Shown piece by piece: positions 61,414 through 64,000 of a DNA stretch of 64,000 nt. Position 1 is the stretch's first letter. Each line of letters starts with the position of its first letter. The DNA lies in contig CDPCPM010000014.1 of NCBI GenBank assembly GCA_976551045.1, positions 38,378,001 through 38,442,000 on the forward strand. Reading direction: 5' to 3'. The notes below the pieces were generated by a model, which was not told the DNA's origin, searched no databases, and worked only from the letters and a program-made list of their open reading frames with translations. The translations under genes and the position numbers were made by a program. The stretch is from Glaucostegus cemiculus (taxonomy: Eukaryota).

Positions 61414-62119
61414 AACTTACATGGGCTATGTTCCTTATAGGCACACTGGGCCATGCCAGGTGCATTGCCAGTGGAGAGCTTTTCAATTTTCGGCTACCAT
61501 TGAGTGGTTCCACTGTCAAGAAGGATAATGGGGAATTGGAAGGGAGGAAGCAAATGGGAGGGGTCAAGGTGGGGCACATGGTGATTTTCAGCAATAAAGT
61601 GGAGGAAAATTGCTGTATTTCAACCGCACATTCTTTCAAGTACTTAAAAAAAACTTGCCTCTGTGGTCATGGTGCCGTTAGTATTCTTAAGGATGGCTAG
61701 TAAGATCTCTTGTTAGACAGGCTTTTTTGAAGGCAAGGGTTTAACGTCAGTTGCATTTTCAAAACTTACTCATTTGCAAATTAGTGAGACTATGTAGGAT
61801 TTTGATGCACTGTATGGCAGCTTAGGTATTGTTATCCATGACAACTTATTGACTTACAAGTGGATTTTGCAAAGGTGAAAGTAGAAATGGACACAAAGGT
61901 AAAGTATGTTAAGGCAGATAATCAGAGATGATCTTAAAGTTTACAAAGGTGTTGCAGGGACAGAGGAACTTGAGGGCTTAGGGAGGGAGCAAAAGAGTGG
62001 TGGAGATTGGGTGGCTCTATAAAGCATTGTTCTATACCTGAGGACAGAGAGCCACTTTGACAGTCAACTGGTGGGAATATAGGACATGGAGGTACACAAG
62101 TCACAAGTAGAGATGGTAA

Positions 62120-62490
62120 AACAACAAATATTTGTATTTACAAAGTAGGTGCAATGTAGTGACATATCCCTTCATAGGACTGTTAACAATCAAAATTTAA
62201 CACTAATGCATACAGGGAGAGATAAGGGAGAATGACCAAAGTCTGCTCAGTAAGTACGTTATAAGGACTGACTTAAAAGAGGAAAGAGAGGTAGAGGTGT
62301 TTAGTGAAGGAATTCTGGTTTAGGATCTGGACAGCTGAAGACACAGCTGCCAGTGGTGGAATAATTACATTCAAGGATGAGCAAGGATCAAGAATCTGAG
62401 GGTGTAAGGCCGGAGGAGTATAATGAAATCAGCGGAGGGACTGAAAACAAGAGTAAGAATTTTAAAACAGGAACCATATTGATGCTGGTT
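62120..62490 (-). mobile_element. L2-like LINE 3' end
   Basis: TGACCAAAGTCTGCTC...CTTAAAAGAGGAAAGAGAGGTAGAG...CAGCTGAAGACACAGCTGCCAGTGGTGGA...GAAAACAAGAGTAAGAATTTTAAA resembles a recalled shark L2 3' consensus in reverse. Confidence 0.7.
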
Positions 62491-64000
62491 GAAAGGAACA
62501 TTGAGTGAATCCAGCAGATTGGAATAATTCTGAAAAACATACAGAAATAAATACCAATTGTTATCAAGTTCTGATGAGCAGAACATTTAGAAAATGCATC
62601 ACAGTGATAATGTGCAGGCAGAGAAGCAACCATTTCATATTTTAGCTCCTAGCTGATTGCCCTTGGGTGGTGATGGCAAAGACTAGCATTTGCAGTTACT
62701 ACCATTGTGCCTCAGAACTGTAACAGCTTGGGTTCCATGCAAGAAATCCAGAGTGCTCCAGGTTGTGGTAAGAGATCAGTTTACCTCGGCATGTCTGTGG
62801 CAAGAATTGTGAATATATGCCTTAATAAAATTGGGTGCAGAGCTAAGCACCTTTAAAAGTGCCTTTATGTTAGAAAATGTAGTGAGTGCTGCTTACAATG
62901 GTCTCCCACCATTCGCTACACATGAAATATGAGAGTTTACCTTATTCTGGTAATATCAGAGTATTCTAGCAATTATATTCTAGAATTCAATTCTATTCTT
63001 GTAATAGTCCTTTTCTTTGAGTGTTGTGAATAAGCTGTTCGATTCACTGAGCCCTGACTCTGGCTGGTGTTTGATCGCCAATGCAGCTGGTGAGATATAA
63101 GTTGTGGAAAATGGTACTTGGAATTGACCTCACAGCGCTCTTTTGAACCCAAACCATTAACATGGTACTGTATTTCAATTCTTGACCAGATTTTGCAGGT
63201 TACAGCCATTAGCTGCCGTTGTTGGGAAGGAACTTGCATGCTTATGTGCAAGAAATACTACATGAGGATTAACCAGAATAGCCTGAGGACATTGAAGCTC
63301 AGTTTACAGCATTGGCAAATGCTCACATGTTGGTTCCAAGAGTGATGGCTAATGTTCTGTGTTTGCAGAGTTTTTTTTTGGTTCTTCATTAATGCTAGAG
63401 GGAGCCTACCTTATCTGGACCCCAGCTAGCAAAAAACATAACAATGGAGGCATTATTCCAACCAGCACTGGTTATTGTAAACTTGTTCTATTTTTTAGCA
63501 CACTGCTGCAAACAGCACATTAATACTGTTGATCACTCCCAGCCTTGTACTCTAGGCTACAGTGCTTTGGTTCCCAACCAGGTGAGCATAAGTGTTGATC
63601 CTAAATTTAATTCCTACAACTGTAATAGCAGATCAATTCACCTGTTTAGTTCACAACCATTAGTGGTTGTCTATTGCTGTTCAACGTCCTGACTAGATGT
63701 GGTAAGAAGTTACCCATTCAAACCTGAACAACGAGTCTAAGTGCGACTACATTTGGACTGGTCCTGGGCATTGAAAATACAGTGTGAGAATTTAGCAATG
63801 AAGGCTCTGACCCTTTTATGGGAAATGTCTTTGCTATTTCAAATAGGTGTTGACCCCTGTCAAACCTAAAGAGAAGCTTCAGAGCAAGGTTCCTGTGCAG
63901 TATTTTGGAATGGTATTGATATGAGGAGAACTTCAAATTTAAAATCCAGTTTCCATTTATATAGTGCTTACTTGTTTGCATGAACATAGGTTGAGAAATA

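Larger units (their letters stand above)
28938..64000 (+). other. EFNA5: Intron 1 of EFNA5 (5' part; runs beyond the window)
   Basis: Starts GTAAGG at 28938. No exon-2-like peptide (FQRGDYHIDVCINDYLD...) appears in the ORF track downstream. EFNA5 intron 1 is very long in other vertebrates. Confidence 0.85.

Noticed and set aside
63565-63590. Possible recursive splice site CAG|GTGAGC
   Set aside because: Weak polypyrimidine tract; such a match is expected by chance in 35 kb of intron.

Overview
Vertebrate genomic DNA, most likely a cartilaginous fish (probably a ray or skate), inferred from HE1-like V-SINEs, SacSINE1-like DeuSINEs, HER1-like CR1 LINEs and Penelope-like repeats. The only supportable protein-coding feature is the first coding exon of ephrin-A5 (EFNA5, + strand, 28819-28937), inside a ~3.5 kb CpG island. 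The upstream ~26 kb is dense with decayed and nested retroelements (CR1, RTE, Tx1/L1, Penelope-like, SINEs) plus one Tc1/mariner MITE. The downstream ~35 kb is the start of the long, AT-rich, repeat-poor intron 1, with several enhancer-like patches; exon 2 is not in the window. There are two short N gaps. I found no convincing new multi-gene system. The best leads are degenerate hammerhead-ribozyme motifs and fold-back derivatives in Penelope-like repeats, a double-inverted rearrangement of an RTE relic, a pre-miRNA-sized intronic hairpin, tail-swapped SINE subfamilies, uORFs, and a convergent CTCF motif pair. Repeat boundaries were read by eye and are approximate; repeat family names come from recalled consensus sequences, not a database search.
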